The notes: generated by a model from the letters alone, not told the origin. A stretch of DNA of 63,047 nucleotides from Candidatus Methylomirabilota bacterium (GCA_035493355.1 DATJIJ010000110.1:1-63047), one strand, 5' to 3'; positions 33,309-42,578 are shown, counted from the first letter of the stretch. Numbers and translations are program-made.

Positions 33309-33911
33309 TCAGTCGTACCTGAGCGTGACCTCGCCCTCGGGGCTGACCTCGACGCGGCCAACCGGCCGGCACGGAACCCCCACCGCCACGGTGTACGGCG
33401 GGATATCGCGGTTCACGAACGAAGCGGCGCCAATGACCGAGTGATCGCCCACGCTGACGCCCTTCACGATCACCGACTGCGCGCCGACGTGGCTGTGATC
33501 CCCGATCGTCACCGGTGCGTGCTGGATCCCGGTCCGCCCCTCGCTCAGGACTCGTTCAACGGTGTCGTGGGTGTAGATCTGCACACCAGCGCTGATGTCG
33601 CATCCCACGCCGATCCGCAGCCCACCGGTGCCGTCGAGCAGCACCATGGGGCCGATCCAGGTGCCGGCTCCGACCGTCACATCGCCATAGACGTAGGCGG
33701 ACTGGTAGATGCTCGATCCCTCTCCGAAGCCAAGCTGGGCGGCGCGCTCCCAGCGGTCGGTGATGAGGTCCTGGAACGGCAGGTCGCGACTCCAGCGCTC
33801 CGAGGTCGCCTGACGCAACTCGTGGTACAGCTCGGTCAGGTCGTCGTGCGATGACGGCATCTCGCCGCCGAGAATACCCTGCACCGCTGCGCTAAGATCG
33901 GCCGACCGCAT
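33309..33911 (-). CDS. hexapeptide-repeat (LbH) acyl/acetyltransferase
   Basis: Left-handed beta-helix repeats: YVYGDVTVGAGTWIGPMVLLDG ... IGVGCDISAGVQIY ... VTIGDHSHVGAQSVIVKGVSVGDHSVIGAASFV. An alternative start is ATG 33860. Confidence 0.75.
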   Translation of the reverse strand: MRSADLSAAVQGILGGEMPSSHDDLTELYHELRQATSERWSRDLPFQDLITDRWERAAQLGFGEGSSIYQSAYVYGDVTVGAGTWIGPMVLLDGTGGLRIGVGCDISAGVQIYTHDTVERVLSEGRTGIQHAPVTIGDHSHVGAQSVIVKGVSVGDHSVIGAASFVNRDIPPYTVAVGVPCRPVGRVEVSPEGEVTLRYD

Positions 33912-33922
33912 CGGAGACCCCT

Positions 33923-34906
33923 GTGACGCCTCAGCCGACCCTGAAGGGAACGCGGGTGCTGGTCACGGGAGGCGCCGGCTTCATCGGCAGCCACCTCGTT
34001 GATCGCATCGTTCAGGACGGGCCGGAACGGCTGGTCGTCGTGGACAACCTGTACCTCGGTCGCGAGGAGAACCTCGCGGAAGCTCGCACCGCCTTCCCGG
34101 ACCTCGCCTTCCGTCGCCTCGACGCGACGGACTACGAGGCGATGGAGCGGATCATCGCCGAGGAGCGGATCGATTCGGTCTTCAACCTGGCGGTGATCCC
34201 GCTTCCCGCGTCACTGGTGCGGCCGCGCTGGACGATCGAGCAGAACGTGTCGATCACCACGGTCCTCTGCGAGCTGCTGCGAACGGGCGCCTATCGATCG
34301 CTTCTCCATTTCTCGTCTTCCGAGGCCTACGGGTCGGCCGCCTACGTCCCGATGGACGAGGCGCACCCGTCGATCCCGTCCACTCCTTACGCGGCCAGCA
34401 AGGTGAGCAGCGATCACGTGGTGCTCTCCTACTGGCACACGTTCGGGCTCGACGCCGCGATCGTGCGACCGTTCAACAACTTCGGACCTCGCCAGAACTC
34501 CGGCACGTATGCGGGAATCATCCCGATCGTCGTCGAGCGCGGGATGCGAGGCGAGCCGATCGAGATCTACGGTGATGGCGAGCAGACTCGCGACTTCGTC
34601 TTCGTGCGCGACACCGCTGACGCCGCGGTCCGGATCCACGCGACGCCCGCGACGCGGGGACGGATCGTGAACATCGCGAGCGGGCGGGAGGTCTCGGTGA
34701 ACCGCCTCGTCGCGGAGCTGCTCGACGTCCTCGGGGTGGACGTGCCGGTGCAGCACGTCGACCCGCGGCCGGGCGACGTTCGCCGCCACCTGGCATCGAT
34801 CGACCTCGCCCGCGAGCTGATCGGGTTCGAGCCGGCGACATCCCTCCGGCAGGGACTCGTCGAGACGGTTGCGTGGTACCAGGCGCGTAAGGGGCAGCCG
34901 GCATGA
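33923..34906 (+). CDS. NAD-dependent nucleotide-sugar epimerase/dehydratase (extended SDR)
   Basis: GTG start. Motifs: RVLVTGGAGFIGSHLV, SSSEAYG, TPYAASKVSSDHV (YxxxK), VRPFNNFGPRQ. Confidence 0.8.
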   Translation: MTPQPTLKGTRVLVTGGAGFIGSHLVDRIVQDGPERLVVVDNLYLGREENLAEARTAFPDLAFRRLDATDYEAMERIIAEERIDSVFNLAVIPLPASLVRPRWTIEQNVSITTVLCELLRTGAYRSLLHFSSSEAYGSAAYVPMDEAHPSIPSTPYAASKVSSDHVVLSYWHTFGLDAAIVRPFNNFGPRQNSGTYAGIIPIVVERGMRGEPIEIYGDGEQTRDFVFVRDTADAAVRIHATPATRGRIVNIASGREVSVNRLVAELLDVLGVDVPVQHVDPRPGDVRRHLASIDLARELIGFEPATSLRQGLVETVAWYQARKGQPA

Positions 34907-36027
34907 CCGACGTCCCGCGCCGCATCTGGCTGGCCCGCCCGCAGACCGGTGAGGCGGAGATCGACGAGATCCGCGCGGTGATGCAGAGCGGGTACCTGAC
35001 CCAGGGCCCGAAGGTCGCGGAGTTCGAGGGGCTCGTTGCCGAGCGGATCGGGGCGCCGCATACCTTCGCCACCACTTCGGCTACCACCGCGCTCCACCTC
35101 ACCCTTGCGGCGCTCGGGATCGGGCCTGGGGACGAGGTACTGGTGCCGGACTTCACCTTCCCGGCCACCGCCAACGTGGTGGTGCAGCAGGGCGCGACGC
35201 CGGTGCTGGTGGACATCGACCTGGCGACCTTCGCAATGGATCCCGCCGACCTCGCGCGGAAGGCGACGACGCGAGCCCGCGCGGTGATGCCGGTCCATCC
35301 CTTTGGCCTCCCCGCCGACATGGATCCCATCCTGGAGGTCGCCACCGCCAGCGGGCTGGCCGTCATCGAAGATGCCGCCTGTGCCCTGGGGGCGGAGTAC
35401 CACGGCCGGCCAGTGGGAGTGATCGGCACGGCGGGCTGCTTCAGCTTCCATCCGCGCAAGTCGATCACCACCGGCGAGGGCGGGATGATCGCGACGGGGG
35501 AGGATGACGTGGCGGATCGCATCAAGCTGCTCCGCAGCCACGGCGGCGTCCGGCAGGGCGGGCGATTCGTCTTCGAGGACGCCGGCTTCAACTACCGGTT
35601 GAGCGACATCCTGGCCGCGGTGGGGGTTGCCCAGATGCGGAAGCTCGACGCGATGCTGCGCGCGCGTCGCGCAGTGGCGGCGCTGTACGACGCGGCCCTT
35701 GCCGGCGTGACGGGGGTGACGATCCCAACCTGCCCGGCGGGGCGGACCCACACCTACCAGACCTACGCCGTGCTGCTCGACCCGCAGATCGACCGCGACG
35801 CCGTCATCGCTCGGCTGGCCGCGGACGGGATCGAGACGACCCTCGGCACCTACGCCCTCCACGCCCAGCCCTTCTTCGCCCGCTCCCTCGGATGCTCGCC
35901 CGGCGACCTGCCGAACTCGTACCGGGCGTTCCTCAGCTCGCTCGCGCTGCCGCTGCATGCGGGAATCGGCCCGGAGCAGGTGGACGAGGTCGTCGAGGCG
36001 TTGAAGGCGGCGATCCGTTCCTCCTGA
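34903..36027 (+). CDS. DegT/DnrJ/EryC1-family nucleotide-sugar aminotransferase
   Basis: ATGA overlap with the SDR gene. Motifs: YLTQGPKVAEFE, PDFTFPATANVV, FSFHPRKSITTGEGGM (PLP lysine). Confidence 0.85.
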   Translation: MTDVPRRIWLARPQTGEAEIDEIRAVMQSGYLTQGPKVAEFEGLVAERIGAPHTFATTSATTALHLTLAALGIGPGDEVLVPDFTFPATANVVVQQGATPVLVDIDLATFAMDPADLARKATTRARAVMPVHPFGLPADMDPILEVATASGLAVIEDAACALGAEYHGRPVGVIGTAGCFSFHPRKSITTGEGGMIATGEDDVADRIKLLRSHGGVRQGGRFVFEDAGFNYRLSDILAAVGVAQMRKLDAMLRARRAVAALYDAALAGVTGVTIPTCPAGRTHTYQTYAVLLDPQIDRDAVIARLAADGIETTLGTYALHAQPFFARSLGCSPGDLPNSYRAFLSSLALPLHAGIGPEQVDEVVEALKAAIRSS

Positions 36028-36031
36028 ACGC

Positions 36032-37363
36032 GTGCCTCACCGTCAGCCGCGGGTCCTGCTGGGGATGGCCGAGACGGCCGGATACCTCGGCAACCTCCAG
36101 CGCGGGTTCGAGGAGATCGGCTGCACCTGCCATTTCCTGGACCTCGGTGAGCACCCGTTTGGCTATGACCGTTCGCCGGCCCTGCCGAGGCTGACCCGCC
36201 TTCGCCGCTCGGCAAGTCGCAGGGCGAATGCCACGCCACGCCGCTCCCCCCGCCGCGGGGCATGGCGGCTGGCGACCGGGCTGATCGACCTGCTGATCAC
36301 GGCCTGGGCGATCGCGCACGCGGACCTGTTCATCTTCACCGGGCACCACAGCCTGCTCTGGCGAAACACCGACCTCCCCGTCCTGCGGCTCATGGGGAAG
36401 CGGATCGTCTGGGTCTTCCTCGGATCGGACCACCGTCCGCCATATCTCAATGGCAAATGGGTCCGCGACGCGCTGGCAACGGGCGATGGCGGTTTCGAGG
36501 CAATGGCCTCGCGCGCGCTCGCGTACCGGAAGATCGTGCGGCGGATCGAGCGAGGGGCGCACGTTGTCGTCGCGATGAGCGCCTCGGCCCAGCTCCATGC
36601 GCGACCGTTCGTCCACCTGCTGGCGATCGGCATCCCGCACGGCGGTGCCGACGACGAGCCGACACCATCGCGGGATGGGGTCGTCCCGGCCGGGCCAGAG
36701 ATCCGCATCCTGCACAGCCCGTCCGATCCCGCAAAGGGCACGGATGTCATTCGCGACTGCATCGGCGAGCTCGACCGCCAGGACATCGCGGTGAGCTATC
36801 ACCAGATCACCGGCCGCCCGCACGCCGAGGTGCTCGAGGCGATCGGCGAGAGTGACCTGGTGGTCGACCAGGTCTACAGCGACAGCCCCCTGGCGGTCTT
36901 CGCGACGGAAGCGGGGTACCGCGGACGAGCCGCCGTGGTCGGCGGCTACTACGCCGGCGAGATCGCCGCCGACGTCCCACCCGAGCTCATTCCCCCAAGC
37001 CGCTACGTCCTGCCCGAGCACATGTGCGCGGCTATCCGTGAGCTCGCGGTCGACGGTGCGGCCAGGCTCGCGCTGGCCGCCGAGCTCTCGCGCTTCGTGC
37101 GCGATCGGTGGTCACGGGCGGCGGTCGCAGGCCGCTACCTGGAGCTCGCCGCCGCCGAGCCCCCCGGTGCCTGGCGCTATGACCCGAAGACGCTTCGCTA
37201 CGTGCACGGTTGGGGCCTCTCGGAAGCAGCGCTGAAGGGGTACGTCGGCGATCTCGTTCGACGCTGCGGGGCATCGGCCCTCGCGCTCGACCACAACCCG
37301 GCGCTCCGCAATCGGTTGCTCGGGCTGGTCGGGGAGCCGATCGCCCCGGATGCGACGCCGTGA
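36032..37363 (+). CDS. hypothetical protein, possibly a GT-B-fold transferase of unassigned family
   Basis: 443-aa ORF with GTG start, tightly packed between DegT and Wzx. The only cue is a GT-B-like C-terminal half (IRILHSPSDPAKGTDVI ... DLVVDQVYSD). I recognise no family signature. Confidence 0.5.
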   Translation: MPHRQPRVLLGMAETAGYLGNLQRGFEEIGCTCHFLDLGEHPFGYDRSPALPRLTRLRRSASRRANATPRRSPRRGAWRLATGLIDLLITAWAIAHADLFIFTGHHSLLWRNTDLPVLRLMGKRIVWVFLGSDHRPPYLNGKWVRDALATGDGGFEAMASRALAYRKIVRRIERGAHVVVAMSASAQLHARPFVHLLAIGIPHGGADDEPTPSRDGVVPAGPEIRILHSPSDPAKGTDVIRDCIGELDRQDIAVSYHQITGRPHAEVLEAIGESDLVVDQVYSDSPLAVFATEAGYRGRAAVVGGYYAGEIAADVPPELIPPSRYVLPEHMCAAIRELAVDGAARLALAAELSRFVRDRWSRAAVAGRYLELAAAEPPGAWRYDPKTLRYVHGWGLSEAALKGYVGDLVRRCGASALALDHNPALRNRLLGLVGEPIAPDATP

Positions 37364-38799
37364 CCTCCGCGCGCCGGCTCATCTCCGACTCGGCGATCTA
37401 CGGGTTGGGCGGGGTGGCCAACCAGTCGCTGGCCGTGATCCTGGTGCCGATCTACGCGAACGTGCTGGGTGTCGAGGACTTCGGCCTGATGGCGCTCGTC
37501 AACACCACCCTGTCACTGGCGACCATGATCGTGACGCTGGCGCTTCCCCAGGCATTCTTCCGCTCCTACCTGATGGAGCACGATGACGAGCCAGGGCGAG
37601 CCAGTGTCCTGAGTACGGCCCTGGGCCTTCGCCTGCTCGTCTCGGTGATCGGGCTCGGACTCCTGCTCGCCGTCGCCTTCCCGCTGACCAGGCTGCTCTT
37701 CGGCGAGACCTCGCAGCTTCCCACGATCCTGGCCATTGGGCCGATCGTCTTCTGCGACACCCTCAACCTGGTTCCACTTTCTTTCTTCCGGGCCGAGCGC
37801 CAGCCGGCGGTGTATGCGGCGCTCTCGTTCTCGCGTGCGGTCCTTGGCAGCCTGATGATCATCGTCTTCGTCGTCGGCTTTCGACTTGGGGTGTTCGGCG
37901 TCGTGCTCGGCGCGCTGACATCGGCCGCGACCGTGGCGCTCGTCGGGATCGTGCTGTTGTGGCGAGCCGACAGGCTGCGCGTTGCGCTCGATCCGCCGCT
38001 GGCCCGCGGGATGCTCGCCTTTTCCCTGCCACTGGTGCCCGCGGCGATCGCCGGATGGACGCTCAACCTCTCCGACCGGTACCTGGTCGGCGCGTTCCAG
38101 GGCCACGCCGCCGTTGGTGTCTACGCTGCCGGATATACCGTGGGGCTCGTCGTCAACGCGTTGGTCGTAGCGCCGTTTTCGCTCGCCTGGGCTGCCACCT
38201 TCTGGCAGATCTCAAAGGGTCCCCGAGCCCCCGAGATCTACGCACGCGTGATGGCGGGGTTCGTCGTGGCCGCCGCGTTCGTGGCGTTGCTCCTCTCCGC
38301 GGCCGCCGCCGACGGCCTTCGGCTGCTCTTCCCGCCGGCCTACGCTCCTGGGCGCTTCGTGGTCCCCTTCAGCGCATTCGCCTACGTGATGTACGGCCTC
38401 TACACGATCGGCGCGACCGGCATCAACATCGAGGGCAGGACCAGGCTGCTGCCGATCACGACCGGCGTCGCGGCTCTCGCCAACCTGGCACTCAACCTGG
38501 CGCTCATCCCGTGGCTCGGGTTCATGGGCGCCGCCATCGCGACGCTGCTCAGCTACGGCGCGCTCGCCCTCAGCACCACGTTCGTCTCGCACCGCTACTA
38601 CCCGGTTCCGTGGCAATGGCAGCGGATGGCCGCGGCCCTCGGGCTGTCCGGATCCCTGGCGGCCGCGGCGCTGCTGGGGCCGGATCACCTCGGCTGGCGG
38701 GCCGCCTGCGTGCTCGCCTACCCGATCCTCGCCTGGGTGCTCGGGATCGTGCGTCGCGGCGACCTGGATGCGGTCCTCGGTGGCCTGCGCCGCGGCTGA
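37360..38799 (+). CDS. Wzx-type flippase (polysaccharide biosynthesis protein, MOP superfamily)
   Basis: ORF 37210..38799 trimmed to GTG 37360 (GTGA overlap). N-terminus: RRLISDSAIYGLGGVANQSLAVILVPIYANVLG. About 14 TM spans. Confidence 0.8.
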   Translation: MTSARRLISDSAIYGLGGVANQSLAVILVPIYANVLGVEDFGLMALVNTTLSLATMIVTLALPQAFFRSYLMEHDDEPGRASVLSTALGLRLLVSVIGLGLLLAVAFPLTRLLFGETSQLPTILAIGPIVFCDTLNLVPLSFFRAERQPAVYAALSFSRAVLGSLMIIVFVVGFRLGVFGVVLGALTSAATVALVGIVLLWRADRLRVALDPPLARGMLAFSLPLVPAAIAGWTLNLSDRYLVGAFQGHAAVGVYAAGYTVGLVVNALVVAPFSLAWAATFWQISKGPRAPEIYARVMAGFVVAAAFVALLLSAAAADGLRLLFPPAYAPGRFVVPFSAFAYVMYGLYTIGATGINIEGRTRLLPITTGVAALANLALNLALIPWLGFMGAAIATLLSYGALALSTTFVSHRYYPVPWQWQRMAAALGLSGSLAAAALLGPDHLGWRAACVLAYPILAWVLGIVRRGDLDAVLGGLRRG

Positions 38800-38801
38800 G
38801 G

Positions 38802-40166
38802 CTAGAACGCCTCGAGGTAGCGATCGACCTCCCAGCTGCTGACCTGCATCCGGTACTCGTCCCACTCCTCGGTCTTCGCTTCGACGAATCGCTCGAAGAC
38901 GTGCTCGCCAAGCGCCTCGGCGATGACAGTGTCCTTGGACAGCTCGTCGAGCGCCTCGCGCAGCGTGCCCGGCAGCTGCTTGATCTTGCGGCTCTCCAGC
39001 TTGGCGGCATCGAAGTGGTAGAGGTTCTCCTCGACCGGATCGGGCGGGGTGAGCTTGCGCGCCACCCCGTCAAGGCCGGCGGCCACCATGCAGGCGAAGG
39101 CCAGGTACGGGTTGGATGACGGGTCCGGGCAGCGCAGCTCGATCCGGGTGCTATTGAGCTGCCCCTTGCTGATCTGCGGGATCCGGATCAGGGCGGATCG
39201 GTTGATCCTCGCCCAGCCGATGTAGACCGGTGCCTCGTAACCGGGAACCAGCCGCTTGTAGCTGTTCACGAGCGGAGCGAGCACGGCGATCATGCCGCGG
39301 GCGTGCTCCAGGGTGCCGGCGATGTAACTCCGCGCGATCGACGAGAGGCCGTACGAGTCGGAGGCATCGGCAAAGGCGTTCTTCCCCTTCTTGATGTCCC
39401 ACAGGCTCTGGTGGCAGTGCATCCCCGAGCCGTTGATGCCGAAGAACGGCTTCGGCATGAAGGTGGCGTAGAGGCCCTGGCGCGCCGCCACCGCCTTCAG
39501 GGTGGTCTTGAAGGTCACGGCGTTATCGGCGGTGCGGAGGGCATCGGCATACTCGAAGTCGATCTCGTGCTGGCCGGTCGCCACCTCGTGGTGGGCTGTC
39601 TCGACCTTGATCCCGAAGGCTTCGAGGTCGTTCATCATCTCCTTGCGGACCTCGGTGCCAAGGTCGCTGGAGAGGTCGAAGTAGCCGGCCGCGTCGTGTG
39701 GCAGGGCCTCGACCGCGTCGTCGCTCCGCTTCAGCAGGAAGAACTCGAGCTCCGGCCCGGTGTTGAGGACGTAGCCGAGCTTCTTCGCCTTCTCGAGCTG
39801 CCGGCGCAGGACCCAGCGTGGGTCTCCGGGAAACGGCTCGCCGTGCGGCGTGAAGACGTCACAGATGACCCGGGCGGCGCCGGTCGCCCCGTGCTTGCCA
39901 TCGGCGTCGATGCCGGACTCCCAGGGGATCTCGGCGAAGGTGTCGAGGTCGGGGACCAGGAACATGTCGGACTCGGCGATGCGCGCGAAGCCCTCGATGC
40001 TGCTGCCGTCGAACCACTTCCCGTGCTCGACCGCCTCTTCCAGCTGGTGCATCGGCACCTGGACCGATTTCACCTGGCCCACGATGTCGGTGAACTGGAG
40101 GCTGACGAAGCGCAGGTTGCGCTCCTCGGCCAGCTTCAGGGCGGCGGCGAGCTGCTTGGTGGCCAT
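38802..40166 (-). CDS. glnA: glutamine synthetase type I
   Basis: 454 aa. Motifs: RFVSLQFTDIVGQVKSVQVP, FDGSSIEGFARIAESDMFLVPD, GSGMHCHQSLW, NSYKRLVPGYEAP. Confidence 0.9.
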   Translation of the reverse strand: MATKQLAAALKLAEERNLRFVSLQFTDIVGQVKSVQVPMHQLEEAVEHGKWFDGSSIEGFARIAESDMFLVPDLDTFAEIPWESGIDADGKHGATGAARVICDVFTPHGEPFPGDPRWVLRRQLEKAKKLGYVLNTGPELEFFLLKRSDDAVEALPHDAAGYFDLSSDLGTEVRKEMMNDLEAFGIKVETAHHEVATGQHEIDFEYADALRTADNAVTFKTTLKAVAARQGLYATFMPKPFFGINGSGMHCHQSLWDIKKGKNAFADASDSYGLSSIARSYIAGTLEHARGMIAVLAPLVNSYKRLVPGYEAPVYIGWARINRSALIRIPQISKGQLNSTRIELRCPDPSSNPYLAFACMVAAGLDGVARKLTPPDPVEENLYHFDAAKLESRKIKQLPGTLREALDELSKDTVIAEALGEHVFERFVEAKTEEWDEYRMQVSSWEVDRYLEAF

Positions 40167-40263
40167 CCACGGGTCTCCTTGCGATGAGGGGAAGGTGATG
40201 CGCCGAGGCTAGCCGCCGGCCGGCCCCGATGGGAGCGTCAGAATGCGGCTGAGGCTCGCCATT

Positions 40264-40284
40264 GATTGTGCACTCTGCACAATC
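40264..40284. promoter_or_regulatory. perfect 9-3-9 inverted repeat upstream of glnA (candidate operator)
   Basis: GATTGTGCA-CTC-TGCACAATC. Its centre is 108 bp upstream of the glnA start (40166) and it begins 7 bp beyond the stop of the PucR-type regulator. A TAnnnT-like hexamer (CATTCT on the minus strand, 40240-40245) lies 29 nt downstream of the centre. A GGAG Shine-Dalgarno lies before the ATG. Confidence 0.5.
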
Positions 40285-40290
40285 CCCAGA

Positions 40291-41301
40291 TCACGCCCCC
40301 CGGCGCTGCGCCTCGGCGAGGAGGCGGAGCGCGTCCTCCGGCCGGCGCGGGTCGATCCCCCGCTCGGCACGCGCGGCCCGAAGCCGGTAGAGGACCGTGT
40401 TGCGGTGCACGCCGAGGGCGCGTGCCGCTGGTGCGATCCGCCCATTGCTGCGGGCAACGGCAAGGAGCGTTGCCGCGAAGCGATCCGTGACTGCCGCCTC
40501 CGCGGCCCGCTGTACCGGGCGCGACGCCGGCCGCGGGGCCGGCGGCCGGCGCAGCAGGGCGCGCAGGGTGACGCCAAGCGCATCGGCCGCGACCTCGTCC
40601 ACTCGTGCGAATGGGAGGTCGTCGAAGAGCCAGGCAGCGGCGCCCGGCCGCACGCGTCGCTCGAGCAGCCAGAGGCCATCGCGCGTGCGGCGAGAGCTGT
40701 CGCTCCGCGAACCGCCGCCGGCGAGGAGGCGGGCATGGGTCGCCGCGAACCGGGCGGCCAGCGCCCGGCCCGCCGTACGGGGATGCAGCGCGCGCAGCTC
40801 ACCGTCTGCGACGACCGCGACGCCGCGCCGCATCCGCGCGGCCACGAGCCCGGCCGGAGCGGCGGGATCGGGGTCGGCCAGGGCCGCTTCTGCGGCAGCC
40901 AGCCGCAGCTCACCACTGAGGCGCTGCAAATGGCCCGCTTCATCACTCACGTACGTTGCGAAGGCATCCGCGAGCAGTGCGGCAGCACGCACGCTGCCGA
41001 GGATCGGGAGAGGGCTCTCGGCGGCTTCGAGGCGCGGCTGCCCCGCGAGGCCGGCGATCACCACGCCGACGGGTCGGAGGCCCGCCGCCTCGAACGTCGC
41101 GAGGAGCGCATCGAGCGGCCTGCCACGGATCAGCGACGCCTCGACGACGAGCAGCTCGCCGTCGATCGCGGGTGGAAGATGCGGTGCCGCGGCTCGCGTG
41201 CGGAGCACGCCCCGCGCCGGCGCCGCCAGTCGCGCCACGCTGCCGGAGACCAGCCGAGCCTCAGGGTCGACCGCCCGCCAGAGGTCGAGGAGGCTGGTCA
41301 C
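40291..41301 (-). CDS. PucR/CdaR-family transcriptional regulator
   Basis: C-terminal HTH: AARALGVHRNTVLYRLRAARAERGID. GTG start in a GTGA overlap with the upstream ResB-like gene. Confidence 0.7.
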   Translation of the reverse strand: MTSLLDLWRAVDPEARLVSGSVARLAAPARGVLRTRAAAPHLPPAIDGELLVVEASLIRGRPLDALLATFEAAGLRPVGVVIAGLAGQPRLEAAESPLPILGSVRAAALLADAFATYVSDEAGHLQRLSGELRLAAAEAALADPDPAAPAGLVAARMRRGVAVVADGELRALHPRTAGRALAARFAATHARLLAGGGSRSDSSRRTRDGLWLLERRVRPGAAAWLFDDLPFARVDEVAADALGVTLRALLRRPPAPRPASRPVQRAAEAAVTDRFAATLLAVARSNGRIAPAARALGVHRNTVLYRLRAARAERGIDPRRPEDALRLLAEAQRRGA

Positions 41302-42578
41302 CGGGCTCTCGCGCGGAGTGCCGCCGCCAGCTCCGCGGCGAGCCTGCTGGCCTCCCCTTCCGGGCGGTCGAAGCGCTCTCCGCGGATGAGGAGCCGCAGG
41401 CCGCCGTCGGCAACGCGCAGCGTGAGACGCCGGCGGGGAAGCCAGAGCGCGACCGCGAGGCAGGCGACCAGCAGGGCCGCTCCCCCGAAGAGGATCCCCA
41501 TCCCCGGATCTCGGCGCGAGAGGAAGGTCAGGTAGGCGTCGAACCCGGCCAGGCGCACGGTGACGGGACCAATCCGCTGCTCTTCGCCCGGTTGGAGGCG
41601 AATGCTGTCAACCACGCCACTGCCGTCCGAGGCCGTCACCGCCAGCTGGTTCGCATCGGCATCGACGAGGGTCAGCCCGAGGGTCAGCCCCGCCGTCGGC
41701 AGCTCGGCGAACGCCGCTGGCCGGCCGTTGACCGTCCCGTCGAGCGGGACCGACCCATCGAGGAGCGGCTGGCCGCCGAGCGTCGCCACCTGGAGCCGCA
41801 CTGCCGGGCCGTAGGTCCAGCCATGGACCAGGTATCCCCCGAAATCGCCGGGTCGGTTGACCTGCAGGAGCTGGGTGCCCTCCGGCTCGCCTCCACGCAG
41901 GAAGGTGACCGTCGCGTCGAGCTTCAGCGGGCGTCCGTCAGCGCCGAAGTCGGCGTCGAAGTGGTCGAGGCGGACCGCGTCGGTGAAGCCGGGGCGGGGG
42001 GCGTCCAGGAGGGCCTGTTCGCCGGGGAGGAGGCTGAAGGTCGTCTCGCTGCTGAACGCATGGCCGGCGGCCGCCCCGAGCAGCATCAGCACGAGCGCGA
42101 GGTGGCTGAACTGGCCGACCAGCCGCGACCAGCCGCGACGCGTCCCGGCCAGGGCCCAGCGGTCGCCGCTGCCATGTTCGGTGACCCGATACCCTGCCCT
42201 CCAGGCAACCGCGGCCAACGAAGCCCGCGTTGCCTCGTCCGGCGAGCCCTCGAACGCGATCGTCTGGGCCAGGACCTCTGCGCCCTCGGGGATCGGACCG
42301 GGGCGACGCCACTCCTGCCACGCGGCGGGGAGCCGGACCGCGACGCTGGCCATGCCGGCGCACAGGATCAGGCCCAGCAGCACCAGGTACGGTGGCGAGG
42401 CGAGGAGCCATCCCCCGGACGGGATTGCCGCCGCGACCGCGTTCCATGCCCCGGCGAGGAGCAGCATCCCGAGCGCAAGCCGCGCATCGGCGAGGAGGCG
42501 CAGAAGCCGCTGGGCGGCCTGCGCCAGTCGATCGGCTCGCCTGCCGCCGCTGGCGGCCAGAGCGGTCGATCGGCTCAT
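41298..42578 (-). CDS. ResB/Ccs1-like cytochrome c biogenesis family protein
   Basis: Motifs: FSHLALVLMLLGAA, VNRPGDFGGYLVHGWTYG, SRRDPGMGILFGG followed by a C-terminal TM. A strong SD (GGGAGG) precedes ATG 42576-42578. No ResC/CcsA partner is in the window. Confidence 0.65.
   Translation of the reverse strand: MSRSTALAASGGRRADRLAQAAQRLLRLLADARLALGMLLLAGAWNAVAAAIPSGGWLLASPPYLVLLGLILCAGMASVAVRLPAAWQEWRRPGPIPEGAEVLAQTIAFEGSPDEATRASLAAVAWRAGYRVTEHGSGDRWALAGTRRGWSRLVGQFSHLALVLMLLGAAAGHAFSSETTFSLLPGEQALLDAPRPGFTDAVRLDHFDADFGADGRPLKLDATVTFLRGGEPEGTQLLQVNRPGDFGGYLVHGWTYGPAVRLQVATLGGQPLLDGSVPLDGTVNGRPAAFAELPTAGLTLGLTLVDADANQLAVTASDGSGVVDSIRLQPGEEQRIGPVTVRLAGFDAYLTFLSRRDPGMGILFGGAALLVACLAVALWLPRRRLTLRVADGGLRLLIRGERFDRPEGEASRLAAELAAALRARAR

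Noticed and set aside
31279-33372. 697-aa minus-strand ORF, and similar 540-630-aa ORFs at 2663-4534(+), 6127-8031(+), 8163-10034(+), 54884-56524(+) and 29104-30528(+)
   Set aside because: All are antisense or out-of-frame shadows of well-supported genes (initiating transferase, flavin monooxygenase, serA/MTHFR, metE, PPIase, rmlD/rmlB). All have the same Arg/Pro/Gly-rich composition.
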